Source: Candidatus Krumholzibacteriia bacterium
Lineage (GTDB): Bacteria; Krumholzibacteriota; Krumholzibacteriia; LZORAL124-64-63
DNA: 20,811 nt
NCBI GenBank assembly: GCA_046484865.1
Contig: JAWOID010000004.1
Span: 1-20,811 of the forward strand
Direction: 5' to 3'
In this document: one piece after another, positions 20,762 to 20,811 of the stretch
How positions within the stretch are numbered: position 1 is the first letter of the stretch
Layout of the letters: the number at the start of each line of letters is the position of its first letter
Position numbers and translations under genes: made by a program
Notes under the pieces: generated by a model
Seen by the model: only the letters and a program-made list of their open reading frames with translations
Database searches by the model: none
Told to the model about the DNA's origin: nothing

Positions 20762-20811
20762 CGACAGCGCAAGCTGACTTAATCCGATTCCTGGGCTTCG
20801 CGTTGGCGCAG

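Noticed and set aside
20729..20811. Tn3-type inverted repeat, group II intron 5' end, or tRNA/tmRNA start at the GGGG runs
   Set aside because: There is no Tn3 38-bp IR pattern, no GTGCG at the junction, and no cloverleaf or tmRNA 5' motif.

Overview
High-GC bacterial chromosomal window dominated by a 14.4 kb minus-strand respiratory operon (439-14864). It encodes an alternative complex III (actA-B-C-D-E-F plus a small ActG-like membrane protein), an SCO/SenC copper chaperone, and an A2-type (YSHP motif) heme-copper oxidase whose subunit II carries a fused cytochrome c (coxB-A-C-D). Upstream are an IscA/HesB Fe-S carrier, a divergent yyaL-like thioredoxin-domain gene followed by tatD and tcdA, a convergent Fe-superoxide dismutase, and an hflK that breaks off after about 110 codons into lower-GC, unrelated sequence. 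The left edge holds the 3' end of an HNH endonuclease gene followed directly by a 19-bp-period repeat array with a conserved CGGTGATCC core. The respiratory system is a known architecture. The least explained elements are the HNH plus repeat array, the large repetitive His-rich and acidic insertions in oxidase subunit III and other subunits, and the hflK break. All calls rest on motif recognition by eye; no searches were run.
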